The notes: generated by a model not told the origin, from the letters alone. DNA of 64,000 nt from an uncultured virus (IMG/VR IMGVR_UViG_3300032285_000379) (IMGVR_UViG_3300032285_000379), one strand, 5' to 3'. Counted from the stretch's first letter, positions 1 to 7,918 are shown. Program-made: numbers and translations.

Positions 1-272
1 CCTACCCATGTGCGTTGTTTTAGGCGTTTAATCTCTGCTCGTAACTCAGCATTGATTTTGTGTTCTTCAATACCCTTGCGAATTAACTCGCTAGTCACCT
101 GCGTTTCCCGATGTTCCCAATCGCTGTACAGCATGTTGGTTCGTGCAAGAAACTCGATCTTCTCGTTAAGCCGTTTGATTTCCGCATCTTTGTCATAGTA
201 AGAAAGAGTGCAGTTGTCGTAGTTTTCGCAACAAGTATCAACCATCCCATTGGGGCAAGTGGTTCTGTTCAT
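1..272 (-). CDS. Hypothetical phage protein, truncated by window edge (MNRTTCPNG...KQRTWVG)
   Basis: Manual translation; ATG overlaps the stop of 269..727; shares the QRTWVG module with that gene. Confidence 0.7.
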   Translation of the reverse strand, partial: MNRTTCPNGMVDTCCENYDNCTLSYYDKDAEIKRLNEKIEFLARTNMLYSDWEHRETQVTSELIRKGIEEHKINAELRAEIKRLKQRTWV

Positions 273-727
273 GTGTTCTTCTCCTTGAGTTTGGCTTCTG
301 CCCACCATGCGGCAGACTGAAAAGCTTGTTCTGTTACCCAACTTTGCCTGATGCCTTCTTCTATCTCATCATCCGTCAGCCCTACCCATGTGCGTTGTGG
401 TGGGTAGTTGTTGCGACTACAAGCAACGCATTCATAAAGAACTTCTGCTTTGCATTCGGGGCATACAGGCTCTGTGCGCTGTGGTGGGTGGGTGTAGAGA
501 GGCTTTGCATCAGCAGGGTAATACCCATCTTTAGGCGCAAAAAAGTCTTCACCATTTTCTTTATAGACATAGCAAAAAGGCTCTTGGCTTTCCAACTCTG
601 CAATTGCTTGCCTGCCTGCCTGCACCCAATCATTCATCGGTTCAATTGCTTTCATACCGCCGCCTGCAAACACCACTTCACCGTGTTTTTCAGCCCAATC
701 TACGGCCTGTTTCAATACTTCAATCAT
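269..727 (-). CDS. Hypothetical phage protein with CPEC..CVAC and RTWVGLTDDEI modules
   Basis: ORF in a tightly ATGA-coupled leftward operon. Confidence 0.8.
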   Translation of the reverse strand: MIEVLKQAVDWAEKHGEVVFAGGGMKAIEPMNDWVQAGRQAIAELESQEPFCYVYKENGEDFFAPKDGYYPADAKPLYTHPPQRTEPVCPECKAEVLYECVACSRNNYPPQRTWVGLTDDEIEEGIRQSWVTEQAFQSAAWWAEAKLKEKNT

Positions 728-813
728 TGTGGATTACCTCCGCAGTGTGGGCAACGAGTGATGATTGTCATAATGTGGCGTTTGCATCTGACGCAAATGT
801 AGGTTTGTCTCAT
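724..813 (-). CDS. 29-aa zinc-ribbon microprotein (MRQTYICVRCKRHIMTIITRCPHCGGNPQ)
   Basis: Fills the gap with ATGA overlaps at both ends; two CxxC motifs; below ORF-track cutoff. Confidence 0.7.
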   Translation of the reverse strand: MRQTYICVRCKRHIMTIITRCPHCGGNPQ

Positions 814-1076
814 GCTTTATCTCCTCTGGCTCTGATGGCTTCCAAACACAATTCAACAGCTACTCTTTCAGCAGAATCTCCAAGGCCGCTGTACTTATTT
901 TTTATTTCTTCACACGCCATTTCACAGGCTTCTCTTTCTTTGTCCTCGGCTCTTGCTGTAATTGCCATGATGAACTTTGCCATTGGGTGATTAATTGGGT
1001 AGGCGGATTCAAGCCCAGCCTCTTCAGCAAGAAAATTTATGTTTTTATATTTCACATTGATTTCATCTTGTGTCAT
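810..1076 (-). CDS. Hypothetical phage protein (EREAC...AIRARG type)
   Basis: Coupled ORF; motif common in small phage proteins. Confidence 0.75.
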   Translation of the reverse strand: MTQDEINVKYKNINFLAEEAGLESAYPINHPMAKFIMAITARAEDKEREACEMACEEIKNKYSGLGDSAERVAVELCLEAIRARGDKA

Positions 1077-1279
1077 GCTTCACCTCTAGAAATTAAAAGC
1101 TCGGCAAACCTTTCCAAGAATTTGATGTGGTATTTTTCGGGGTACTCGCCGCTGACGTAGTAATCAATCGGTGACTCAAATGTGAATGTCGTAGTCTTTT
1201 GAATCGTGCTGTGATTGACCCACATCGTCACTTGTCCTTCAGCCTGTCTTGCCAGATTAAGTATTTCATCTTGTGTCAT
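1073..1279 (-). CDS. Hypothetical protein (MTQDEILNLA...)
   Basis: Start set at the ATGA overlap with the upstream stop; same MTQDEI N-terminus as the next gene. Confidence 0.7.
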   Translation of the reverse strand: MTQDEILNLARQAEGQVTMWVNHSTIQKTTTFTFESPIDYYVSGEYPEKYHIKFLERFAELLISRGEA

Positions 1280-1497
1280 GCGTCTGACCCCCCATACATA
1301 CTCCACTCCTCTGCCTTCTTCACCATAAACAATCCTTCTGCCCTTGTCATCTTGGATGACAGAACAACCAAATTACCATCTACGTCGTAGCCGATAATCA
1401 TCACATCTGTCAGGTCGTACTTCAATGCTTGGTTCAATGCTTGCTCAGGGCTGTAGTTGGTACTCGGTTGCATATGAATAACTTTTTCGTTGTTCAT
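1276..1497 (-). CDS. Hypothetical protein
   Basis: Coupled ORF. Confidence 0.75.
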   Translation of the reverse strand: MNNEKVIHMQPSTNYSPEQALNQALKYDLTDVMIIGYDVDGNLVVLSSKMTRAEGLFMVKKAEEWSMYGGSDA

Positions 1498-1739
1498 TTC
1501 TTATCCTTTACCCACAAACAATCAAAGCAGATACGCATCATCCAGCGCACAAACCAGTTCGGCTCCTTGCCTTTTACTGGGCGATAAATAATTCCAACGC
1601 CGCCCGGCCTGTTGCCCCACAGATAGCACTGCCATTCAGATTGCTCTGGACTCAGTTGGAATGCGTAGTCCTTGGAAAATGCGTCACGGTACTTGATGTA
1701 CTCTTCATCAAACGCTTTGTTGATTTGTTCTTCGTTCAT
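1494..1739 (-). CDS. Hypothetical protein
   Basis: Coupled ORF. Confidence 0.75.
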   Translation of the reverse strand: MNEEQINKAFDEEYIKYRDAFSKDYAFQLSPEQSEWQCYLWGNRPGGVGIIYRPVKGKEPNWFVRWMMRICFDCLWVKDKK

Positions 1740-1936
1740 GCTTCTCTCGCTTTCAGCATTGCATCTGCTTGCATGTATGCGACCTTTGCAATCTCTTCCT
1801 CTGGCAAATACCCCCCACTTGGACGGGATAGCTGACCTTGCATAGCCTTTGCCGCAAAGTAATCACGCAAGGTCATGCCTTGGTAATAAGGCGTAATTCC
1901 TGCGCCTGTTGGAAATGCTGGTGGGTTGTTAGTCAT
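1736..1936 (-). CDS. Conserved small phage protein (GMTLRDYFAAKAM...ADAMLKAR type)
   Basis: Recognisable phage motif; paralog at 9239..9424. Confidence 0.8.
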   Translation of the reverse strand: MTNNPPAFPTGAGITPYYQGMTLRDYFAAKAMQGQLSRPSGGYLPEEEIAKVAYMQADAMLKAREA

Positions 1937-2171
1937 TTTTCATCTTCCTGATGTATATTGCAAACGAGTCGATAGTGTCCTTGCCGAAGCCACGCATCTT
2001 CTCAATAGACACTGCAACCTCCTCAATGACTCCATTACGCAGTTCGTCATAGAACTGTTGCTGGGTTTTGGGTGGCTCCATGTTTCTTTGATGATCTTCC
2101 CTGAGCCTGTTCATAAGCTCAAGATGTTTAAACTCTTCTGCTTCCGGGTCAAACAATCTGGATTCAGTCAC
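1929..2171 (-). CDS. Hypothetical protein
   Basis: Coupled ORF, GTG start with GGAGG upstream. Confidence 0.7.
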   Translation of the reverse strand: MTESRLFDPEAEEFKHLELMNRLREDHQRNMEPPKTQQQFYDELRNGVIEEVAVSIEKMRGFGKDTIDSFAIYIRKMKND

Positions 2172-2283
2172 CTTTACCTCCGTTCTGCATATAGAAGATT
2201 GCCGCTATGAAGACAGCACCCACAACGATAACCATGAATGCGCCAAAGCCCATCAGCATTAGCGTTACAAGTACGTCCCACAT
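2164..2283 (-). CDS. 39-aa single-TM microprotein
   Basis: Manual translation MWDVLVTLMLMGFGAFMVIVVGAVFIAAIFYMQ...; AGGAG upstream. Confidence 0.6.
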   Translation of the reverse strand: MWDVLVTLMLMGFGAFMVIVVGAVFIAAIFYMQNGGKGD

Positions 2284-2293
2284 GATCTTCTCC

Positions 2294-2449
2294 TTAGTGA
2301 AACCAGAGGTAGAAGCCATGAAGAATTCCTATCGGGAAAAAGATTGCGCCAGCAACCAAGAATCCCCACATGGATTGTGCAAAGCAGGTAAAAATGTGCG
2401 TGAGCCATGCAATGAAACACGCTATACCAATAAATGAAGCCCAATTCAT
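2294..2449 (-). CDS. 51-aa membrane microprotein
   Basis: Manual translation MNWASFIGIACFIAWLTHIFTC...FPIGILHGFYLWFH; AAGGAG upstream. Confidence 0.65.
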   Translation of the reverse strand: MNWASFIGIACFIAWLTHIFTCFAQSMWGFLVAGAIFFPIGILHGFYLWFH

Positions 2450-2458
2450 ACTGTCTCC

Positions 2459-2920
2459 TTATGCCACCTGTTGGGCGTTTTGTTGAGTAATCTTGCCGCT
2501 TGAAATTGATTCCTCAAGATCAAGTAAAAGCTCAGCCGTTCTTGGGTCAAGCAAATGAAGCTTTGACTTCCATCTAGCAATTGTCAATTCAATGTCATGC
2601 ATGAATTCCAATCGCATCTGCTGATCATTCAAAACTGTAGATGTCAATCTGTAACCGCCGCCGCTCTCACGGTCTGACGGCAAGCTTGTGAAAGCTCTAA
2701 TCTCAGCAGATGGCATGTCCACCAGAACAATCTTGCATTTACGAATCAGGCTACGTGCTTGTTCCTTACGATAAGCCTTAGCCGCCTCAGTGTCATCCCA
2801 TTCAAAATGATGGTGAAGGACGCAGGACTTATCCTTTGCCGCCTCAATCACATCATCAACCATCAGGATGCCACCATTTTGATTTGCTAATTTCTCTAAA
2901 AACTTCTTTTCTGCGTTCAT
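2459..2920 (-). CDS. Hypothetical protein directly downstream of the pentamer array; candidate accessory factor
   Basis: 153 aa, AAGGAG RBS; LHHHFEWDDTEAAKAYRKEQARSLI motif. Confidence 0.8.
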   Translation of the reverse strand: MNAEKKFLEKLANQNGGILMVDDVIEAAKDKSCVLHHHFEWDDTEAAKAYRKEQARSLIRKCKIVLVDMPSAEIRAFTSLPSDRESGGGYRLTSTVLNDQQMRLEFMHDIELTIARWKSKLHLLDPRTAELLLDLEESISSGKITQQNAQQVA

Positions 2921-2944
2921 TTCAACTCCTTTTGTTTAAACAAT

Positions 2945-3470
2945 GCCTGCCTTACCGTATCAAACCTGAACATTCCGCGCCATGCCTCGCCTGCTATGCC
3001 AGACCGCTCCCAACCCAACCGTGCCATGCCTTGCCATGCCCGACCTGCCTCACCTGACCGCACCGCGACGTACCCCGCCTCGCCTGCCTTTCCGCGCCAA
3101 ACCTCTCCACACCAAGCCTGTCCTAGTCGTTCCATGCCTGCCATGCCACACCAATCCAAACCGTGCCGAGCCTCGCCGCACCTAGCCTGCCTTACCGTGC
3201 CTGACTGTTCCAATCCAGACCCTGACCTGCCAAACCTAACCTGCCCTGCCGATCCTTGCCGCACCGCGCCGTGCCAATCCGAGCCTAGCCTGCCATACCA
3301 AACCAATCCAAACCGCAACGAACCGCGCCGCGCCTAGCCTGCCTTGCCTTACCCAACCGGGCCGGGTCTGACCGCGCCACGCCGGAACCCTCCAAGCCTG
3401 CCTAACCTCTCCTTGCCACGCCTGCCACGCCCAACCAATCCTGACGCAGCCTTAACCAGCCGGGCCTGCT
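2945..3470 (-). repeat. Non-coding 5-nt-periodic array, (NN-GGY)n-AGGY, 11 units; candidate guide RNA array (VIPR-like)
   Basis: Manual parse: 95 pentamers (68 RCC-NN, 15 TCC-NN, 12 single-mismatch on + strand) split by RCCT phase breaks at 2945, 2989, 3043, 3082, 3136, 3185, 3239, 3288, 3337, 3396, 3420, 3464. Confidence 0.9.
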
Positions 3471-3475
3471 ATGGT

Positions 3476-4129
3476 TTAAACGATGCCAAACTTGGCACGT
3501 ACTTCAGCCTCTCTGTCGCTTGGCACAACTTGGAATAATCCAAATCCACATCCTGCGCTTGCTTTGCTATCAGGACGACCAGCACCTATCCCAACCTGTA
3601 GACCGCAACGACTTACAAGGTTTAGAACATCGCCAGTTTTGAATTGATCCAAGTCATACCGAACACGTAGTTTGCAAGCCCACTCGCTGTACATAGGACG
3701 GGAGCGGATGTCAACTACGCCTGTTGCATTCCTTGTGTGCGCTGTATATACATGGCTAGTGCCGTATATACGAACCAAAGGAATGCCATCCTGCTTGTCA
3801 TACCCATCAGCTTCAACGAACGTAGACAGCTTTGCCAACGTCATTTTGAAACCAACCAGACGACACGCAGAAATCATTGCGGCTCTGAATGCGGCGGCAT
3901 TCATGCCTTCCCAATCCTCATGGCTACGATAGCGAGCTTCTTCGGCTTCTTTGTCGTAGTCCCTTGCGTCACGAACTTTGCGGCTACCGGAAGACTTGCC
4001 CTCTGCCATCTTTGCCATCAGTTCAGCTTTTTTGCTAAACCTCTCGACAACCAATGGGGCAATGCCTTCCAAGTAAAAGTCCGTGTGTGCAAACTTGGGC
4101 GGTGAAATTACAAAGCTTTCTTCTTTCAT
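3476..4129 (-). CDS. Stand-alone RAMP/Cas7-like protein (Vipr-like)
   Basis: N-terminal strand LEGIAPL, MNAAAFRAAM helix (position of the IPGSSLKGA-like motif), RSRPMYSEW, C-terminal G-rich loop GIGAGRPDSKASAGCGFGLF. Confidence 0.75.
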   Translation of the reverse strand: MKEESFVISPPKFAHTDFYLEGIAPLVVERFSKKAELMAKMAEGKSSGSRKVRDARDYDKEAEEARYRSHEDWEGMNAAAFRAAMISACRLVGFKMTLAKLSTFVEADGYDKQDGIPLVRIYGTSHVYTAHTRNATGVVDIRSRPMYSEWACKLRVRYDLDQFKTGDVLNLVSRCGLQVGIGAGRPDSKASAGCGFGLFQVVPSDREAEVRAKFGIV

Positions 4130-4147
4130 TTGATTTCCTTTAAGTTG

Positions 4148-4357
4148 TTAATCATTCATCTCTATTTCAGGTCTAGGCTCTCCGGCCCAGTACCCATCTT
4201 TGTTTAAACGGTAACCAGCAGCGTGCATTTCTTCATGGGTCTTGCATCTACGGTCATCGCCAAACTTCCCTGTGCGGTGAGCTTCAAAGGCTGAGTTGCT
4301 GTTGAAGTATTCCCCGCACCCTCTACACTGATTCCTTGACGCTCCCACTTTCTTCAT
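4148..4357 (-). CDS. Phage zinc-binding protein (FDXHR-like)
   Basis: CRGC..F.S..AFEAHR..RRC pattern. Confidence 0.7.
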   Translation of the reverse strand: MKKVGASRNQCRGCGEYFNSNSAFEAHRTGKFGDDRRCKTHEEMHAAGYRLNKDGYWAGEPRPEIEMND

Positions 4358-4664
4358 GCGATTCCTCCTCTGTTTTGCGCCACATGTGCTTAACTAACTC
4401 GTCTTCAATAAGTTCTGCGTACGATGCTCCGGACGGAAATCTCATCTGCGCAAATTGCAGTTCATGGATAACGCCTATCGCCTTAGTCAATCCCTGATTG
4501 AATCCTTCGGCAAATAAGTTGTCGCTGGTGATACGTGCAGATATACCCTCCCTGATAAGTTGAGTCATCGGTGTCTTGGTATCTTTTGCATACCTGCGGA
4601 GTCTCTCAATTTCATCCTCCGCTATGTAGGCCATGAATGGTTTGAATTTTTTACTAAAAGTCAT
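4323..4664 (-). CDS. Putative ribbon-helix-helix DNA-binding protein
   Basis: FMAYI..EIERLRRYAKDTKTPMTQLIREGI; start reassigned to MTFSKK. Confidence 0.55.
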   Translation of the reverse strand: MTFSKKFKPFMAYIAEDEIERLRRYAKDTKTPMTQLIREGISARITSDNLFAEGFNQGLTKAIGVIHELQFAQMRFPSGASYAELIEDELVKHMWRKTEEESHEESGSVKESV

Positions 4665-5040
4665 TGCGTGATCCTGATTTGAATTCCATGACAATGTCAT
4701 CGAAAAGTTGTTGCGCTTGCTTGTTTCCATTAAGCTCACTGCGTGAGCTAATGCCACAGCGTTTACACAATTCAGCAGCAGTACTGGCTTCATCCAACTC
4801 GCCAAAGAAGTTCTGGAAATCCTCAGACCGGCAAAGCATTCCCGCTTGCTGAACACGATTGCTGTACTCCGTTGGAGACTCATCGTCTTGGATGCGTACA
4901 AGTGCGCATCCGTATCTAGCCCCAACAAAATCCCGAAGGAGTTCCTCCGGTATTTCATCAGGGTGCAGGGACAGGGTCAGGACATATCCTGTCCTGTCCT
5001 GTTTCAACGCCACCTTACGTGCTTCAAACTGAAGAGCCAT
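4654..5040 (-). CDS. Hypothetical phage protein
   Basis: Coupled ORF in recombination operon. Confidence 0.75.
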   Translation of the reverse strand: MALQFEARKVALKQDRTGYVLTLSLHPDEIPEELLRDFVGARYGCALVRIQDDESPTEYSNRVQQAGMLCRSEDFQNFFGELDEASTAAELCKRCGISSRSELNGNKQAQQLFDDIVMEFKSGSRNDF

Positions 5041-5048
5041 AGTGGTTC

Positions 5049-5357
5049 TCAGAAAGGTACATCATCATCCATACCTGCGGCTGGAGCTTTTGGTTTGGCG
5101 GCAGGAGGTTGCTCGGCATTGGTAGGAACAAATCGATCCACGCTGACAGACAGGTAAGTCTTGCCGCTTGCGTCTACCTTTTTCCAGCCGCTGAGCTTGA
5201 TGACGGTCAGGCCATCCTCAGTCTTGATGTTGGTCAGGTCGTTTAAATTGATGGCGATGTTGCCCCAGTAATCAGGCGACATGGGAGTGCGCTTGCTGAT
5301 GGTTGCACGAAGAGAGCCGCTATCGGGATAGGGCTTGTACGCTTTTTTATCTGTCAT
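5049..5357 (-). CDS. Putative single-stranded DNA-binding protein (DUF736-like)
   Basis: PDYWG..LSGWKK..YLSVSV and acidic tail DDDVPF; next to SSAP. Confidence 0.7.
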   Translation of the reverse strand: MTDKKAYKPYPDSGSLRATISKRTPMSPDYWGNIAINLNDLTNIKTEDGLTVIKLSGWKKVDASGKTYLSVSVDRFVPTNAEQPPAAKPKAPAAGMDDDVPF

Positions 5358-6082
5358 TTTTCTGCTCCTTGCAGGGTTTTCTTGTATTCCGCAAAGCCAT
5401 TACGGACTCCGTTGTAGAACTCAGGGTGGCTGGCCTTGAGCTTGTCCAAGACGACTTGGTTGTTCTTCCAGTAACTGTTTAAATCCGGCAGGTCACGGTG
5501 AACACCAAGGAACGCCAGCAGGGTGTCGCTGATCTTCTTAGCATCTTCCTCTGTCCAATCCCCCTTGGGAGCGTCCACAGCGGCGACAGAAGCCCCTGTT
5601 AATTCAACCTTGGCGGGAATGGGTGCGGACGCAGGAGCAGTCATTTCTACGGTCGCCTTGGGCGTTGTAACCGTTACCGTCTTAACCTCTTCTTCATGGG
5701 GTGTGTCTTCACCACTGTAGATGTACAGACCAAGTCCGTGCAAGGCGATAGCCTTGACCAAGCAACGCATGATGGCGGTGTTGATGTCCATCGCATTGGG
5801 GTTGGCGATAGGCTTGTTGCGATAGTCCAGAACAGGCAACTGGCAGGTCATTGGTTTGCCAAAGACGGTACAGGTTACCCAAACCATCGCAGTGTCACCA
5901 ACAGACATAGCCGGAGTCATTCCAATTCCTGTGCCGTCAGGGAACATCCTGACTTCAAAGTCGGCGGCAGGGTCAGCTTTCAGAACCTCTGTCCATGCCC
6001 AAGCCCATGACAGGTACGTCATGCCATTCTTCTTCTCCGTCTTGTCATTGACGTTGATCTTCAGTAAATCAAGCGGACTCAT
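5354..6082 (-). CDS. Single-strand annealing protein, Sak3/DUF1071-like
   Basis: INVNDKTEKKNGMTYLSWAWAW, LPVLDYRNKPI, RCLVKAIALHGLGLYIY. Confidence 0.85.
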   Translation of the reverse strand: MSPLDLLKINVNDKTEKKNGMTYLSWAWAWTEVLKADPAADFEVRMFPDGTGIGMTPAMSVGDTAMVWVTCTVFGKPMTCQLPVLDYRNKPIANPNAMDINTAIMRCLVKAIALHGLGLYIYSGEDTPHEEEVKTVTVTTPKATVEMTAPASAPIPAKVELTGASVAAVDAPKGDWTEEDAKKISDTLLAFLGVHRDLPDLNSYWKNNQVVLDKLKASHPEFYNGVRNGFAEYKKTLQGAEK

Positions 6083-6938
6083 TGAGTTCTCCTTGGTATT
6101 GTTCGCACCACTGGGCGACTCCGCAGTAGTTTCCGGTACATCTTGTGTACTCGCCTTTCCTTGTTTCGACATATCCTTTTTCCTTTTCTGCCAACTCTGT
6201 GGCTTCTTCTATGGTTTTAAACACTCTGATCGCAGTCTTGCGACCGTCCCTCTTCACGGCGTAGGCGGCTTCCTTTGCCCACCTCTCCTCATCGGTGCAG
6301 AGCGGTAGCTCCTCACCAAAGTCATGCGCAACCTTTGCGTTGCGATGTAATTCCAATCTCTCCCGCACGTACGTTTCAGTGCGTACTGCGTCCCACATAG
6401 GGATGTCAATCATCACAGCCTCGGCTTGCGGGTAACCTTCTTTGGATGTCTCAAACTTATTGAAGTCCTTGATAAATGCGCAGATTTGCAGTCCAACAAC
6501 CTTGGTGTGTTTAACTGTCTCGACCAACCATTTGTAAATGTTGAGTTGGACTTCCCAGTCAATCTTGTTCATCATCACTGAATAAGCCTTGACGAACTTG
6601 TAGTCGATGATGACCACGCCGTCAGGCGTTTGCTGTTGCAGATCAATCGCCCCGCTGATAACCGCACCGTCCACCTCGGTAAACAGCCGCTCCTCGTTTA
6701 CATAACCCTCAATTTCCTTGGCCTCCAACTTGCCATGCATGAATGTACCGAACTGCGTAGCCAACAATGAAGTGACATCAACCTCTATCTGTTCATCATA
6801 TTGTTCGCGCAACCTTCTGATTTTTGGTGGCGACATTATCTCGGTTACGCTATACTGAGATTTACCCTTTGTGTAGTAGTTGCGAGTCAACAAAGCCACG
6901 ACTGGTGCGGGTAAATTCTGATTGTTCGTAATTTTCAA
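6069..6938 (-). CDS. PD-(D/E)XK exonuclease (RecB/Cas4-like)
   Basis: GTFMH, SGAIDL, IIDYK, QLNIY motifs; C-terminal Cys cluster. Confidence 0.8.
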   Translation of the reverse strand: MKITNNQNLPAPVVALLTRNYYTKGKSQYSVTEIMSPPKIRRLREQYDEQIEVDVTSLLATQFGTFMHGKLEAKEIEGYVNEERLFTEVDGAVISGAIDLQQQTPDGVVIIDYKFVKAYSVMMNKIDWEVQLNIYKWLVETVKHTKVVGLQICAFIKDFNKFETSKEGYPQAEAVMIDIPMWDAVRTETYVRERLELHRNAKVAHDFGEELPLCTDEERWAKEAAYAVKRDGRKTAIRVFKTIEEATELAEKEKGYVETRKGEYTRCTGNYCGVAQWCEQYQGELNESA

Positions 6939-7396
6939 TGGATGCTCCTTGTATGAAAATGCCTGTGACTGATAATAATAGTGATTGTACGCAAGAATTG
7001 CAAGGGCTAGTGTTATTTATTTCTGGAGAACCTGCATCAAAAGCAAATTCCCGCAGAGTTGTAAAGTTTGGATCTATGTCCAGACTGATAAAGAGCCAGA
7101 AAGCTCTCGACTATTCTGAGCATTTTCGGCAACAGGTTACCCCAATTACCCCTCTAATGTCTGGGGATATTAGGATGCACATCACGATCTTCTATGCGTC
7201 CCGCAGACCGGACTTAGATGAGAGTCTGATCTTGGATCTGTTGCAGGGGTTGGTATATGTGAACGACCGTCAGGTAAAGGAGCGGCATACGTACTGGGGG
7301 CTTGATCCTGAGAACCCAAGGGCAGAAATAATCATTGAGCAGATGCCCAAAAAAATGCCCGCATCAAAGCGGGCAAAAGAAAGGAAAATCAAATGA
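6938..7396 (+). CDS. rusA: RusA-like Holliday junction resolvase
   Basis: GEPASKAN, RRPDLDE..ILDLLQG..YVNDRQV; exact start uncertain. Confidence 0.75.
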   Translation: MDAPCMKMPVTDNNSDCTQELQGLVLFISGEPASKANSRRVVKFGSMSRLIKSQKALDYSEHFRQQVTPITPLMSGDIRMHITIFYASRRPDLDESLILDLLQGLVYVNDRQVKERHTYWGLDPENPRAEIIIEQMPKKMPASKRAKERKIK

Positions 7397-7484
7397 ACCG
7401 TGGCAACTGCTCGCCACAAGCAAATACTACCACAAGTACTTATTGCCGGTTTTGGTGTTTAAACGCTATTGACAAGTCCTGAAA

Positions 7485-7520
7485 TTTAATATAAGCTTCA
7501 CTTCGGAAGCTTATATTAAA
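7485..7520. repeat. Perfect 15-bp inverted repeat TTTAATATAAGCTTC-ACTTCG-GAAGCTTATATTAAA
   Basis: Seen directly; terminator- or operator-like, just downstream of TTGACA at 7469. Confidence 0.75.
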
Positions 7521-7538
7521 AAGCAAAGCAAAATTTAC

Positions 7539-7568
7539 TTGCACCGATGCGAACAGTTGGTTTATACT
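7539..7568 (+). promoter_or_regulatory. Sigma70-like promoter TTGCAC-N18-TATACT
   Basis: Consensus match ahead of the structured non-coding region. Confidence 0.5.
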
Positions 7569-7574
7569 AAAACT

Positions 7575-7880
7575 GCTGGCGCACAGTAACTGGATCATGC
7601 TCCTCGCATACGTAACAGTTCGGTCTGGAACTCCCTGCGCCAGTTCCTACAAGTGTGTGGATTGGCAGGTATGAAGTCGGTCAGTGGGCCTCTGAGGGAA
7701 GATGTCTTGCAAGCTAGTCAACCCCAAGCTCTTCATCCCGATGCTCTGTGCAGGTCGCAACTGCAAACAGTCCATACTCTTGTTGGTGAAAGCGGATGCT
7801 GTGGTTGAAGTCGCCTCAACCAATACCAATGTGTGCCGATCAAAGTTGGTTCGCCACAGACGTAGCGAGTAGCCGACACC
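7575..7880 (+). ncRNA. Candidate structured ncRNA cluster (three closed stem domains)
   Basis: Stems 7576-83/7636-43, 7655-64/7768-77, 7799-7804/7854-59; no convincing ORF. Confidence 0.4.
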
Positions 7881-7918
7881 TCATGTAAAGAAAATCTAAA
7901 AATCTTTACATGACCCGC

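Noticed and set aside
2945..3470. Canonical CRISPR array or simple microsatellite
   Set aside because: No identical 23-47 bp repeats with unique spacers, and the NN positions vary too much for a slippage repeat
2836..3538. Several overlapping ORFs across the pentamer array
   Set aside because: Low-complexity translations on both strands produced by a stop-poor repeat; 5-nt periodicity does not fit codon structure
6069..6938. Bona fide cas4 of a CRISPR-Cas locus
   Set aside because: No cas1/cas2; context beside SSAP and SSB fits a phage recombination exonuclease
7575..7780. tRNA genes
   Set aside because: No convincing D-arm, anticodon arm and TTCRA loop; kept only as ncRNA candidates
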